This document shows, one piece after another, positions 11,445 through 25,083 of a stretch of DNA of 64,000 nucleotides. This DNA comes from Ranitomeya imitator. Taxonomy: Eukaryota. The position numbers and the translations under genes are program-made. Below the pieces are notes generated by a model, which was not told the origin of the DNA, did no database searches, and worked only from the letters and a program-made list of their open reading frames with translations. Each line of letters begins with the position of its first letter. Position 1 is the first letter of the stretch. The stretch spans positions 137,826,001-137,890,000 of the forward strand of contig NC_091285.1 of the NCBI RefSeq assembly GCF_032444005.1, in the 5' to 3' direction.

Positions 11445-11558
11445 TCTGTGGAGGAACGCTGTGTATACTGTGAAAATTCAGGAAACAAAAATTGGACCGA
11501 GATTAGAAGAGAGGCTTGGGTGTCCTCCAGGGTGTTTGGGTTTAGCAGACCAATACAG
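11445..11558 (+). CDS. PRELID1: PRELID1 coding exon 3 (114 bp)
   Basis: SVEERCVYCENSGNKNWTEIRREAWVSSRVFGFSRPIQ, with a polypyrimidine tract, CAG acceptor and GTGAGA donor. Confidence 0.97.
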
Positions 11559-13225
11559 GTGAGATGAGCATGACTACCATGACTAGAACTGGTCAGTTTC
11601 TGGAGGCGCATAGGCCTGTTGTGCTTACCATATTTTTCAGACTATAAGACTCACCGGACCATAAGACGCACCCCAAATTTTCAGAAGGAAAATAAAGAGA
11701 AAAAATTGTATCAAATGGGAGTCTATCTTACAGTCAGAATTCAGCTTACTGGGGGGGATCAGCAGTGCTGGTGGAGCGTAGTCACGGGGGGGGAGGGGGG
11801 GGGGGAGGGTGTTTGGTGGTCCAGCGATATGACTCCAATCCCAGGCAGGTGCGGCTGGTGTGGGTTTGTGCTGCAGGTTTGGCAGTGATGCTCTGTGGTT
11901 CGGGGAGGGAAGGGCTCCACCGGCATTTTGTGAAAGTCCGGAGGCCCCGCACATCCAGTGCTGCGATGCGGTGGCCTCCAGGAAAATGGATGCCATGGGT
12001 GGCACATGCTCAGGTTGAGATCTCGGTGGTGAGTGATGGCATTTTTCTAGGATAAGCTTGTGGGAGGAGGGGGGAAGCTTGTTCTGGCTTTCCATCTCAA
12101 CCACCTGTCTGAATTATGCCCTCTCTGAAGCTGCAAGTAAGGGATCAGGAGCAAACAGTGGGCTCCAGTGATCAGGCCAGCCTAAGAGCAGCACTTACTA
12201 GCCCTATTGGAAAGTGCTTGTAAGCTGGTTCTTCCAACATAGGCAGCTGCTAACATTAGTTTAATTATGGAGTGGGCAAGGAATATTCCTGAGAAACCAC
12301 AAGAAACTATGACCAATATGTTGAAATTTATTCTCTTCAAAATTAACATGACTATATTTTTTAGATTCTTATTAATTTTAATGCTTGTCATTGAGCGGAT
12401 CAAAACAATAAAATCTACTGATTGTTTTAAAGTTGTTATAAAATGCAGAAAATCATACTGCTTGTTAACCATCCCTTGTATTTTGATCAGTATGACCTCC
12501 AACTCGGTATAATAGCCCCCCAACACAGAATGACCCCCACATTATGATCCCTCACTGCCCTGAACACGTGATGACCCCCTCCCAGCCCTCAAATGCAATA
12601 TAATGGTCTCGCATATTCCCACCATAAGTGAATGACTAAAAGCAAACTAACACTACTCACCTTTCCCCCATTTCCCCAGCCCAGGCGTGATTTAGTGACA
12701 TCATAGTACCTGCTGCACCGAGACACTCCGTCACACAGGCTGAATGGTGGAAGTCCAAGCTGACGGCTCCCTCCTCCACCATTGCAGATCCCTGTGAAAT
12801 AAAGATTTAGGAGAGAGCATCCTTTCATTTTGCAGTAACAGTCCCGGGTTGGATGGGAACGGCCAGATTGGGCATGTGGGCCGTAGTTTGCTCAGGTCTG
12901 GTCTAATCGTGGTCACCTTAACACCAAGATGTTGCAGCTGGTGATGTTAATTTTATCTATGGCTTACACAAGGATATATTAGAGTCAAGATGTTTGAGTG
13001 TAGGCCAAAGTCTTGTTACAGGAATTGTCTGTCTCCTGCCTATACCCAGTATAATGGCCGTTTATCGGCTGGTGCTGGCAGATGTAGCCAGCCCCATTAC
13101 ACAGAGGACGTGGTTCTTCACGCTGCGGTGGAGGGGAGGTCAACGTGCAGTAGTTATATATTTACCACCCTGTAAACCGTCACTTTTTATAAATGGCATT
13201 CTCAAGTGTGTGTTCTGTTTTCCAG

Positions 13226-13304
13226 GAGTTTGGGCTGGCAAGGTTTAAGAGTAACGTGACCAAGGCAATAAAAGGATATGAATATATCCTGGCAAGAATG
13301 CACG
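13226..13304 (+). CDS. PRELID1: PRELID1 coding exon 4 (79 bp)
   Basis: EFGLARFKSNVTKAIKGYEYILARMH, with TTTTCCAG acceptor and GTAAGT donor. Confidence 0.97.
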
Positions 13305-13830
13305 GTAAGTGGTAAAGGACAAGTTCGGCTCTCATAACGCTGCTTCTATAATGCTGACCAGGGCCATTAGCAATGTCTGAGTCACAAGACAGGAAGTGTG
13401 ACTAGGAGGTCACATGGAAGGTAATGGTAGCAGAGCAGTGAGCCACGGGCTCCATGCTAATTACATGTCATCATTCCAGGGATAATGAGCAAATTGCTTT
13501 ACCCGTCCAGCTGCTGCCAAGAATGTCTCCATGCAGGTTCTAGAATGATATACTAGCTATAGATAAAGTCTACATATGTTTTAGGCAGGTCTAAACACTG
13601 GAGTAAAGAAAAAGAGGCGACACCCATGTAAGGTGCTCATTTATTTGGTAACTGTGTATTTGCCCACCGTTGTAAGGATCACCTGTGTAGCATCCTGTGG
13701 GTTCACTTGTAGCTTGTCGTAGTGATATTCCCACTTTTGATCCCAGGTAAAATTTAACCCTAAAAAGCTAAACAAACCGCTAATTACCTTTTTTTTTTTT
13801 TTTTTTTTTTTTCTTCTCTCTCTCCCTCAG

Positions 13831-13970
13831 GCGATTTGCCTACCAGGACATTGGTAGAAACCGCAAAGGAGGCAACAGAAAAAGCAAAAGAAACTGCCCT
13901 TGCCGCAAAGGAGAGAGCCAAAGACTTGGCCAATAAGGCAGCTACTAGTAAGAAGCAGCAGTTTGTGTGA
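13831..13970 (+). CDS. PRELID1: PRELID1 coding exon 5 (140 bp to stop); total CDS 651 bp, 216 aa
   Basis: GDLPTRTLVETAKEATEKAKETALAAKERAKDLANKAATSKKQQFV*, the LEA-like tail typical of PRELID1. Confidence 0.97.
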
Positions 13971-14064
13971 CGGCCTAAATCTGGGATCACTGGAGGCTGG
14001 CAGTGCTGCTGGGGTCATAGGTCTTCTGAACCAAATGTAACTTTGTAGACTTCAGTAAACTCAC

Positions 14065-14151
14065 ATTAAAAGTGAAGAAGAAAACTTGAATGTTAATGAG
14101 CAATGAAATGTCCGACAATTACTCTTTTCTAAGCTTTAACTTATGATTAAA
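14065..14151 (+). terminator. Candidate PRELID1 poly(A) signals, ATTAAA at 14065 and 14146
   Basis: Two ATTAAA hexamers after the stop codon and before the TE nest. Confidence 0.45.
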
Positions 14152-16494
14152 CAATGCTGTCAATAAGCATCCAAGTCTCTTCCTTCTGCCTGACTTAGAA
14201 AAAGCGCCTGTTTAGAATAACGTTTTTTACAGTGAATGTAGAATTTAACCCCTTTACCCCCAAGGGTGGTTTGCATGTTAGTGACCAAGCCAATTTTTAC
14301 AATTCTGACCACTGTCCCTTTGAGGTAATAACTCTGGAACGCTTCAACGGATCTTGGCGTTTCTGAGATTTTCTCGTGACATATTGTTCTTCATGTTAGT
14401 GGTAAAATTTCTTCGATATAACGTGTTTATATGTGTAAAAAAACGGAAATTTGGAGAAAATTTGAAAAATTTTGCTATTTTGAAATTTTATGCCCTTAAA
14501 ACAGAAATATGTCACACAAAATAGTTAATAAATAACATTTCCCACATGTCTACTTTACATCAGCACAATTTTGGAACCCAATTTTTTTTTTTTGTTAGGA
14601 AGTTATAAGGGATAAAACTTCAACAGCAATTTCTCATTTTTACAACACCCATTTTTTTTTTTTTTTTTTTTAGGGACCACCTCACATTTGACGTCACTTT
14701 GAGGGGCCCACATAATAGAAAATACCCAAGTGTGACACCATTCTAAAAACTGCACCCCTCAAGGTGCTCAAAACCACATTCAAAAAGTTTATTAACCCTT
14801 CAGGTGCTTCACAGAAATTTTTGGAATGTTTAAAAAAAAAAAAAAAACATTTTAACTTTTTTTTCACAAAAATTTTAATTCAGACCACTTTTTTTTTTTT
14901 TTATTTTACCAAGGGTAAAAGGAGAAATTGGACCACAAAAGTTGTTGTGCAATTTGTCCTGCGTACGCTGATACCCTATATGTGCAGGTAAAATGTGCAT
15001 GGCAGAGCTCGCAATGGAAGGAGCACTGTTTTACTTTGTCAACACAAATTTGGCTGGAATCAAGCTTGGACGCCATGTCGCGTTTGGAGAGCCCATGATG
15101 TGCCTAAACAGTGGAAACCCCCCCACAAGTGACATCATTTTGGAAACTAGACCCCCTTAGGAACTTATCTAGATGTGTGGTGAGCACTTTGAACCCCCAA
15201 GGGTTACGGAAGATATTGGACCCCAAAAGTTATTGTGCAATTTGTCCTGAGTACGCTGATACCCCATATGTGAGGATAAACCACTGTTTGAGTGCATGGC
15301 AGAGGTCAGAAGGGAAGGAGCACCAGATTTTACTGTTATGGTTTGCAGGTGCCATGACCCACTGGGAGAGCCCATGAGGTGCCAAAACAGCAGAACCCCC
15401 CCCCCCCCCCCCCATAAGTGAATTCATTTAGGGGTGTGGTGATCATATTGACCCATGGGTGTGTCACAGAATTTTCTACCATTGGGCAGTGAGAACAAAA
15501 TAACTACATTTTTACCACCAAAATTTTGTTTTAGCTAAAGATTTTACATTTTTACACAAGTGGGTAAAAATGGCAACAAAATTTGTTCCACAATTTTTAC
15601 TGAACGTGGCAATACCCCATATGTGGCTGCCCAGTGCTGTTTAGTACAGGAGATCGAGGGCGTCGCTTGGATTAGGCGTTGCAGTTAAGTATGGTTTGAT
15701 TAAGAATAATAAAAGGTCTGTCATTTTTTTCAAATATTACAACTATAGGCTTCGTAATGGATAGGCATTTTATAGACACTTCTCCCTTACTAAACCATGG
15801 GCTTGATGTCACCGGTGACATCAACCTCACAACTATTACCCCACTTGCCACCACTACAGAGCAAGTGGGAAGAGCTGGGCAAAGCGCCAGAATTGGCACA
15901 TCTAATAGATGTGCCTTTTCTGGGCAGTTGCGAGCTGCAATTTTTAGGCTGGGGGGTCAATATCCATGGGGGGGGGCTAAAGGAAACAATCTAAAGGGGC
16001 TAAAAAAAAAAAATCCGGTTTTGTAAACGAATGCAAAAGTTTTCTGAAGCGTCAATTTTAAAAACTGGCGTTTTTGGTTGATGGAAAAAGGTAGTGTGAA
16101 CAACATACCCCTGAGGATACTGTATTCAAGAATTCTGACCCTAAAATAGAATATAGCATAGGAGGCAATACTTGAATTGAAAAAGGTAAAAAAAAAATAA
16201 TAATAAATTATGGATTTCTGCAAATCCCGTGCCCCCTTATAGCGGGTTTTTATGTTTGGCTGCTGTCACACACTAAAAGACGGTTTTTATTGCAAAAAAT
16301 AGTTTTCTGCTTTGACTCATTGGGGGACACAGGACCATGGGTGTTAAGCTGCTATCACTAGGAGTTAAAGGGACACTGTCACCTGAATTTGGAGGGAACA
16401 ATCTTCAGCCATGGAGGTGGGGTTTTTGATTCACCCTTTCCTTACCCGCTGGCTGCAAAATTGGATTGAAGTTCATTCTCTGTCCTCCGTAGTA

Positions 16495-18072
16495 CAGGTC
16501 CTTCTCAAAAAATTAGCATATAGTGTTAAATTTCATTATTTACCATAATGTAATGATTACAATTAAACTTTCATATATTATAGATTCATTATCCACCAAC
16601 TGAAATTTGTCAGGTCTTTTATTGTTTTAATACTGATGATTTTGGCATACAACTCCTGATAACCCAAAAAACCTGTCTCAATAAATTAGCATATTTCACC
16701 CATCCAATCAAATAAAAGTGTTTTTTAATAACAAACAAAAAAACCATCAAATAATAATGTTCAGTTATGCACTCAATACTTGGTCGGGAATCCTTTGGCA
16801 GAAATGACTGCTTCAATGCGGCGTGGCATGGAGGCAATCAGCCTGTGACACTGCTGAGATGTTATGGAGGCCCAGGATGCTTCAATAGCGGCCTTAAGCT
16901 CATCCAGAGTGTTGGGTCTTGCGTCTCAACTTTCTCTTCACAATATCCCACAGATTCTCTATGGGGTTCAGGTCAGGAGAGTTGGCAGGCCAATTGAGCA
17001 CAGTAATACCATGGTCAGTAAACCATTTACCAGTGGTTTTGGCACTGTGAGCAGGTGCCAGGTCGTGCTGAAAAATGAAATCTTCATCTCCATAAAGCAT
17101 TTCAGCCGATGGAAGCATGAAGTGCTCCAAAATCTCCTGATAGCTAGCTGCGTTGACCCTGCCCTTGATGAAACACAGTGGACCAACACCAGCAGCTGAC
17201 ATGGCACCCCACACCATCACTGACTGTGGGTACTTGACACTGGACTTCAGGCATTTTGGCATTTCCTTCTCCCCAGTCTTCCTCCAGACTCTGGCACCTT
17301 GATTTCCGAATGACATGCAAAATTTGCTTTCATCAGAAAAAAGTACTTGGGACCACTTAGCAACAGTCCAGTGCTGCTTCTCTGTAGCTCAAAAGTGGCT
17401 TTACCTGGGGAATGCGGCACCTGTAGCCCATTTCCTGCACACGCCTGTGCACGGTGGCTCTGGATGTTTCCACACCAGACTCAGTCCACTGCTTCCTCAG
17501 GTTCCCCAAGGTCTGGAATCGGTCCTTCTCCACAATCTTCCTCAGGGTCCGGTCTCCTCTTCTCGTTGTACAGCGTTTTCTGCCACATTGTTTCCTTCCA
17601 ACAGACTTACCATTGAGGTGCCTTGATACAGCACTCTGAGAACAGCCTATTTGTTGAGAAATTTCTTTCTGGGTCTTACCCTCTTGCTTGAGGGTGTCAA
17701 TGATGGCCTTCTTGACATCTGTCAGGTCACTAGTCTTACCCATGATGGGGGTTTTGAGTAATGAACCAGGCAGGGAGTTTATAAAAGCCTCAGGTATCTT
17801 TTGCATGTGTTTAGAGTTAATTAGTTGATTCAGAAGATTAGGGTAATAGGTCGTTTAGAGAACCTTTTCTTGATATGCTAATTTATTGAGACAGGTTTTT
17901 TGGGTTATCAGGAGTTGTATGCCAAAATCATCAGTATTAAAACTATAAAAGACCTGACAAATTTCAGTTGGTGGATAATGAATCTATAATATATGAAAGT
18001 TTAATTGTAATCATTACATTATGGTAAATAATGAAATTTAACACTATATGCTAATTTTTTGAGAAGGACCTG
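16495..18072 (-). mobile_element. Tc1-like DNA transposon, 1578 bp, with about 200-bp TIRs and TA TSD
   Basis: CAGGTCCTTCTCAAAAAATTAGCATA termini. One mismatch seen over about 200 bp of TIR. TA at 16493-16494 and 18073-18074. Confidence 0.95.
16773..17743 (-). pseudogene. Tc1 DDE transposase with frameshifts and a small deletion
   Basis: MGKTSDLTDVKK...VKPLL; SDESKF; VMVWGAM; FQHDLAPAH; WPANSPDLNPIENLW; ...AKGFPTKY* spread over several frames. Confidence 0.92.
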
Positions 18073-19959
18073 TATATGCCTGCATAAGGCAATCTTGCCT
18101 TGCGCAGGCGTGTACTATGGAGGACAGAGAATGAACTTCAATCCAATTTTGCAGCCAGCGGGTAAGGAAAGGGTGAATCAAAAACCCCAAAACCCCGCCT
18201 CCATGGCTGAAGATTGTTCCCTCCAAATTCAGGTGACAGTGTCCCTGTAATACAAAGAAGTTAGCTCCTCCCCTGCCGTATACACCCTCATTCTAGCTCC
18301 CAGAGAACCAGTTCATGCTTAGTGTCTGTAGGAGGCATGGGTCCGGTGTTTGGACCAAAAAAATCTTTATTTTAATTCTTAAGATTTTTTTTTCATGGAT
18401 GAAGGGGTGACGGATCCTTTCAAGGCTCCGATCTCCCCAAACCATCAACAGGCGAGCATGTGGGGTGTCGCCTCCATGTACCCTCTCCTGCAACGTGGGA
18501 TGTCATGCCTGGGCTGATTTTTAGGGGTTATGGGTCCCTAAAGGGCACCGATCTCCCCGCACCATCAACAGATGAGCACATGGAGTGTAGCCTCCATGTA
18601 CCCTCTTCTGTAGGCAGGCCTAACGCAAGGCAATCAGCCCTGTCCACCCAGGGGGCTTGAACCCCTTGGATTCAGAGGCACCCTCCTGTTTTGGCGTCCG
18701 TGCAGACCCCACTGCTCCACCACTGTTTAGCGGATGAAGCAAGGAGGTGGATGGTCCCTCTCCATCTCCCTGTGAAAGGGAGAGTGGATTGAGGGTTTTT
18801 ACCCCGTTATCCCTGCACCGTTGAAAAATCATAAAGCAGAGGTACCTGCATAAAGCAGAGGTACCTGCAGCATCGTCCGTAGGAAATCTCCAGACTCTCC
18901 GGTAAGCGCTGATATGGGGGGGGGGGGGGAGCTCTGAGCAGTCCAGGCACAGGCAGCAGACTTTTCCTGGTGGGGGGGAGGTGTTTTTCGGGTCCTAGGT
19001 AAAAATTTTGTCCCCGGCTTTGGCCTTGTACAGGCTGCAGCCGAAGCCCCGCTATGATGCAATCTGGCGGCTCCGCCTACTTTTCTGGTGCTTCTCGTTC
19101 TGAACGAGAGGCGCCCATGTATTCTCGGCGGCCATCTTCCTACACCCTGTTGCACGCTGACAGGGCATCCGGATGCTCAGGAAGCCTCCTGCTTGCCTGG
19201 ATAGCGACGTGGAGCATGATACTCGTGGCTGGGACACAGGATCTGGATATGGAGCGCTGCTAATAGCTCTCTCTCTCTTTCAATATTCTATCCTCTGTGG
19301 GAGCCCTTATTAACCCCTTCATGACCCAGCCTATTTTGACCTTAAAGACCTTGCCGTTTTTTGCAATTCTGACCAGTGTCCCTTTATGAGGTAATAACTC
19401 AGGAACGCTTCAACGGATCCTAGCGGTTCTGAGATTGTTTTTTCGTGACATATTGGGCTTCATGTTAGTGGTAAATTTAGGTCAATAAATTCTGCGTTTA
19501 TTTGTGATAAAAATGGAAATTTGGCGAAAATTTTGAAAATTTCGCAATTTTCACATTTTGAATTTTTATTCTGTTAAACCAGAGAGATATGTGACACAAA
19601 ATAGTTAATAAATAACATTTCCCACATGTTTACTTTACATCAGCACAATTTTGGAAACAAAATTTTTTTTTTGTTAGGAAGTTATAAGGGTTAAAATTTG
19701 ACCAGCGATTTGTCATTTTTACAACGAAATTTACAAAACCATTTTTTTTAGGGACCACCTCACATTTGAAGTCAGTTTGAGGGGTCTATATGGCTGAAAA
19801 TACCCAAAAGTGACACCATTCTAAAAACTGCACCCCTCAAGGTACTCAAAACCACATTCAAGAAGTTTATTAACCCTTCAGGTGCTTCACAGCAGCAGAA
19901 GCAACATGGAAGGAAAAAATGAACATTTAACTTTTTAGTCACAAAAATTATCTTTTAGC

Positions 19960-22900
19960 AACAATTTTTTTATTTTCCCAATGGTAAAAGGAGAAACTGA
20001 ACCACGAAAGTTGTTGTCCAATTTGTCCTGAGTACGCTGATACCTCATATGTGGGGGTAAACCACTGTTTGGGCGCACGGCAGGGCTTGGAAGGGAAGGA
20101 GCGCCATTTGACTTTTTGAATCAAAAATTGGCTCCACTCTTTAGCGGACACCATGTCACGTTTGGAGAGCCCCCGTGTGCCTAAAAATTGGAGCTCCCCC
20201 ACAAGTGACCCCATTTTGGAAACTAGACGCCCCAAGGAACTTATCTAGATGCATAGTGAGCACTTTGAACCCCCAGGTGCTTCACAAATTGATCCGTAAA
20301 AATGAAAAAGTACTTTTTTTTCACAAAAAAATTCTTTTAGCCTCAATTTTTTCATTTTCACATGGGCAGTAGGATAAAATGGATCCTAAAATGTATTGGG
20401 CAATTTCTCCTGAGTACACCAATACCTCACATGTGGGGGTAAACTACTGTTTGGGCACATGGTAAGGCTCTGAAGGGAAGGAGCGCCATTTGACTTTTTG
20501 AATGAAAAATTATTTCCATCGTTAGCGGACACCATGTCGCGTTTGGATAGCTCCTGTGTGCCTAAACATTGGCGCTCCCCCACAAGTGACCCCATTTTGG
20601 AAACTAGACCTCCCAAGGAACTTATTTAGATGCCCAGTGAGCACTTTAAACCCTCAGGTGCTTCACAAATTGATCTGTAAAAATGAAAAAGTACTTTTTT
20701 TTCACAAAAAAATTATTTTCGCCTCAATTTTTTTCATTTTCACATGGGCAGTAGGATAAAATGGATCATAAAATTTGTTGGGCAATTTCTCCCGAGTACG
20801 TCGATACCTCATATGTGGGGGTAAACCACTGTTTGGGCACTCGGCAGGGCTCGGAAGGGAAAGCGCGCCATTTGACTTTTTGAATGGAAAATTAGCTCCA
20901 ATTGTTAGCGGACACCATGTCGCGTTTGGAGAGCCCCTGTGTGCCTAAACATTGGAGCTCCCCCACAAGTGACCCCATTTTGGAAACTAGACCCCCCCAA
21001 GGAACTTAGCTAGATGCATATTGAGCACTTTAAACCCCCAGGTGCTTCACATAAGTTTATAACGCAGAGCCATGAAAATAAAAAATAATTTTTCTTTCCT
21101 CAAAAATGATTTTTTAGCCTGGAATTTCCTATTTTGCCAAGGATAATAGGAGAAATTGGACCCCAAATATTGTTGTCCAGTTTGTCCTGAGTACGCTGAT
21201 ACCCCATATGTGGGGGTAAACCACTGTTTGGGCGCACGGCAGGGCTCGGAAGGGATGGCACGCCATTTGGCTTTTTAAATGGAAAATTAGCTCCAATCAT
21301 TAGCGGACACCATGTCACGTTTGGAGAGCCCCTGTGTGCCTAAACATTGGAGATCCCCCAGAAATGACACCATTTTGGAAACTAGACCCCCAAAGGAACT
21401 AATCTAGATGTGTGGTGAGGACTTTGAACCCCCAAGTGCTTCACAGAAGTTTATAACGCAGAGCCATGAAAATAAAAAAATATATATATTTTCTCAAAAA
21501 TGATCTTTTAGCCTGCAATTTTTTATTTTCCCAAGGGTAACAGGAGAAATTTAACCCCAAAAGTTGTTGTCCAGTTTCTCCTGAGTACGCTGATACCCCA
21601 TATGTGGGGGTAAATCACTGTTTGGGCACATGCCGGGGCTCGGAAGTGAACTAGTGACGTTTTGAAATGCAGACTTTGATGGAATGCTCTGTGGGCGTCA
21701 CGTTGCGTTTGCAGAGCCCCTGATGTGACTTAACAGTAGAAACCCCCCACAAGTGACCCCATTTTGGAAACTAGACCCCCAAAGGAACTTATCTAGATGT
21801 GTGGTGAGCACTTTGAACCCCCAAGTGCTTCATAGAAGTTTATAATGCAGAGCCGTGAAAATAATAAATACGTTTTCTTTCCTCAAAAATAATTATTTAG
21901 CCCAGAATTTTTTATTTTCCCAAGGGTTACAGAAGAAATTGGACCCCAAAAGTTGTTGTCCAGTTTCTCCTGAGTACGCTGATACCCCATATGTGGGGGT
22001 AAACCACTGTTTGGGCACATGCCGAGGCTCGGAAGTGAAGTAGTGACGTTTTGAAATGCAGACTTTGATGGAATGCTCTGTGGGCGTCACGTTGCGTTTG
22101 CAGAGCCCCTGATGTGGCTTAACAGTAGAAACCCCCCACAAGTGACCCCATTTTGGAAACTAGACCCCGAAAGGACCTTATCTAGATGTGTGGTGAGCAC
22201 TTTGAACCCCCAAGTGCTTCATAGAAGTTTATAATGCAGAGCCGTGAAAATAATAAATACGTTTTCTTTCCTCAAAAATAATTATTTAGCCCAGAATTTT
22301 TTAATTTTCCCAAGGGTAACAGGAGAAATTTGACCCCAATATTTGTTGTCCAGTTTCTCCTGAGTACGGTGATACCCCATATGTGGGGGTAAACTACTGT
22401 TTGGGCACATGCCGGGGCTTGGAATTGAAGTAGTGACGTTTTGAAATGCAGACTTTGATGGAATGCTCTGCGGGCGTCATGTTGCGTTTGCAGAGCCCCT
22501 GATGTGCCTAAACAGTAGAAACCCCCCACAAGTGACCCCATTTTGGAAACTAGACCCCGAAAGGAACTTATCTAGATGTGTGGTGAGCACTTTGAACCCC
22601 CAAGTGCTTCATAGAAGTTTATAATGCAGAGCCGTGAAAATAATAAATACGTTTTCTTTCCTCAAAAATAATTATTTAGCCCAGAATTTTTTATTTTCCC
22701 AAGGGTTACAGGAGAAATTGGACCCCAAAAGTTGTTGTCCAGTTTCTCCTGAGTACGCTGATACCCCATGAGTGGGGGTAAACCACTGTTTGGGCACACG
22801 TCGGGGCTCAGAAGGGAAGTAGTGACTTTTGAAATGCAGACTTTCATGGAATGGTCTGCGGGTGTCACGTTGCGTTTGCAGAGCCCCTGGTGTGCCTAAA

Positions 22901-23300
22901 CAGTAGAAACCCCCACAAGTGACCCCATTTTAGAAACTAGACCCCCAAAGGAACTTATCTAGATATGTGGTGAGCAATTTGAACCCCCAAGTGCTTCACA
23001 GACGTTTACAACGCAGAGCCGTGAAAATAAAAAATCATTTTTCTTTCCTCAAAAATTATGTTTTAGCAAGCATTTTTTTAGATTCACAAGGGTAACAGGA
23101 GAAATTGGACCCCAGTAATTGTTGCGCAGTTTGTCCTGAGTATGCTGGTACCCCATATGTGGGGGTAAACCACTGTTTGGGCACACGTCAGGGCTCGGAA
23201 GTGAGGGAGCACCATTTGACTTTTTGAATACGAGATTGGCTGGAATCAGTGGTGGCGCCATGTTGCGTTTGGAGACCCCTGATGTGCCTAAACAGTGGTA
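19960..23300. repeat. Internal tandem array of about 390-bp units, about 9 copies
   Basis: Marker AAGGAACTTATCTAGATG recurs at 20234, 20615, 20999, 21393, 21782, 22171, 22561 and 22948 (period 381-394). Confidence 0.93.
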
Positions 23301-23309
23301 ACCCCTCAA

Positions 23310-24168
23310 TTCTAACTCCAACACTAACCCCAACACACCCCTAACCCTAATCCCAACTGTAGCCATAACCCTAATCACACCCCTAACCACAACCCTAATT
23401 CCAACCCTAACCCTAAGGCTATGTGCCCACGTTGCGGATTCGTGTGAGATATTTCCGCACCATTTTTGAAAAATCCGCGGGTAAAAGGCACTGCGTTTTA
23501 CCTGCAGATTTTCCGCGGATTTCCAGTGTTTTTTGTGCGGATTTCACCTGCGGATTCCTATTGAGGAACAGGTGTAAAACGCTGCGGAATCCGCACAAAG
23601 AATTGACATGCTGCGGAAAATACAACGCAGCGTTTCCGCGCGGCATTTTCCGCACCATGGGCACAGCGGATTTGGTTTTTCATATGTTTACATGGTACTG
23701 TAAACCTGATGGAACACTGCTGCGAATCCGCAGCGGCCAATCCGCAGCCAAATCCGCACAGTGTGCACATAGCCTAATTCTAAAGGTATGTGCACACGCT
23801 GCGGAAAACGCTGCGCATCCGCAGCAGTTTCCCATGAGTTTACAGTTCAATGTAAACCTACGGGAAACAAAAATCGCTGTACACATGCTGCGGAAAAACT
23901 GCACGGAAACGCAGCGGTTTACATTCCGCAGCATGTCACTTCTTTGTGCGGATTCCGCAGCGGTTTTACAACTGCTCCAATAGAAAATCGCAGTTGTAAA
24001 ACCGCAGTGAAATGCGCAGAAAAAAACGCGGTAAATCCGCCATAAATCCGCAGAGGTTTAGCTCTGCGGATTTATCAAATCCGCAGCGGAAAAATCCGCG
24101 GAGGACCAGAATACGTGTGCACATACCGAAACCCTAACCCTACCCCTAACCCTAACCCTATTCTAACA
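23310..24168 (+). repeat. Degenerate telomere-like (TAACCC)n tract with two Harbinger-type MITEs inserted (23417-23774 and about 23784-24127)
   Basis: CCCTAACCCTAA runs at 23310-23416 and 24130-24168. MITE termini are G(G/C)TATGTGC. Confidence 0.8.
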
Positions 24169-25083
24169 TTAGTGGAAAAAAAAAAATTCTTTATTTTTTT
24201 ATTGTCCCTACCTATGGGGGTGACAAAGGGGGAGGGGGGGTCATTTATTATTTTTTTTATTTTGATCACTGAGATAGATTATATCTCAGTGATCAAAATG
24301 CACTTTGGAACGAATCTGCCGGCCGGCAGATTCGGCGGGCGCACTGCGCATGCGCCCGCCATTTTGGAAGATGGCGGCGCCCGGGGAGAAGACGGACGGG
24401 ACCCCGGCTGGATCGGTAAGTATGATGGGGTGGGGGGGGACCACGGGGGGGGGATCGGAGCACGGGGGGGAATCGGAGCACGGGAGGGGTGGAACGGAGC
24501 ACGGGGGGGCTGGAATGGAGCACGGGGGGGTGGAACGGAGCACCGGGGGGGTTGGATCGGAGTGCAGGGGGGGTGATTGGAGCACGGGGGGGTGATTGGA
24601 GCACGGGGGGAGCGGACAAGAGCACGGGGGGGAGCGGAGCACTGGACGGAGGGGAGCCGGAGCAGTGTACCGGCCAGATCGGGGGGCTGGGGGGGCGATC
24701 GGTGGGGTGGGGTGGGGGCACATTAGTATTTCCAGCCATGGCCGATGATATTTCAGCATCGGCCATGGCTGGATTGTAATATTTCACCCGTTATAATAGG
24801 TGAAATATTACAAATCGCTCTGATTGGCAGTTTCACTTTCAACAGCCAATCAGAGCGATCGTAGCCACGGGGGGGTGAAGCCACCCCCCCTGGGCTAAAC
24901 TACCACTCCCCCTGTCCCTGCAGATCGGGTGAAATGGGAGTTAACCCTTTCACCCGGCCTGCAGGGACGCGATCTTTCCATGACGCCACATAGGCGTCAT
25001 GGGTCGGATTGGCACCAACTTTCATGACGCCTACGTGGCGTCATGGGTCGGGAAGGGGTTAAGGGGGCACATAGGAGTACGTC

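Larger units (their letters stand above)
16369..18246. mobile_element. T2/Kolobok-type MITE interrupted by a Tc1 element
   Basis: Same termini as 1779-2097. The halves 16369-16494 and 18073-18246 rejoin. Confidence 0.85.
19314..25058 (+). mobile_element. Non-autonomous piggyBac-like element, 5745 bp
   Basis: TTAA on both sides and a CCCCTTC..GACCC terminal inverted repeat. No transposase ORF. Confidence 0.85.

Noticed and set aside
10743-13970. PRELID3A/PRELID3B as the gene identity
   Set aside because: The MVKYFLG start, the LEA-like C-terminal tail and the position between RAB24 and MXD3 indicate PRELID1.
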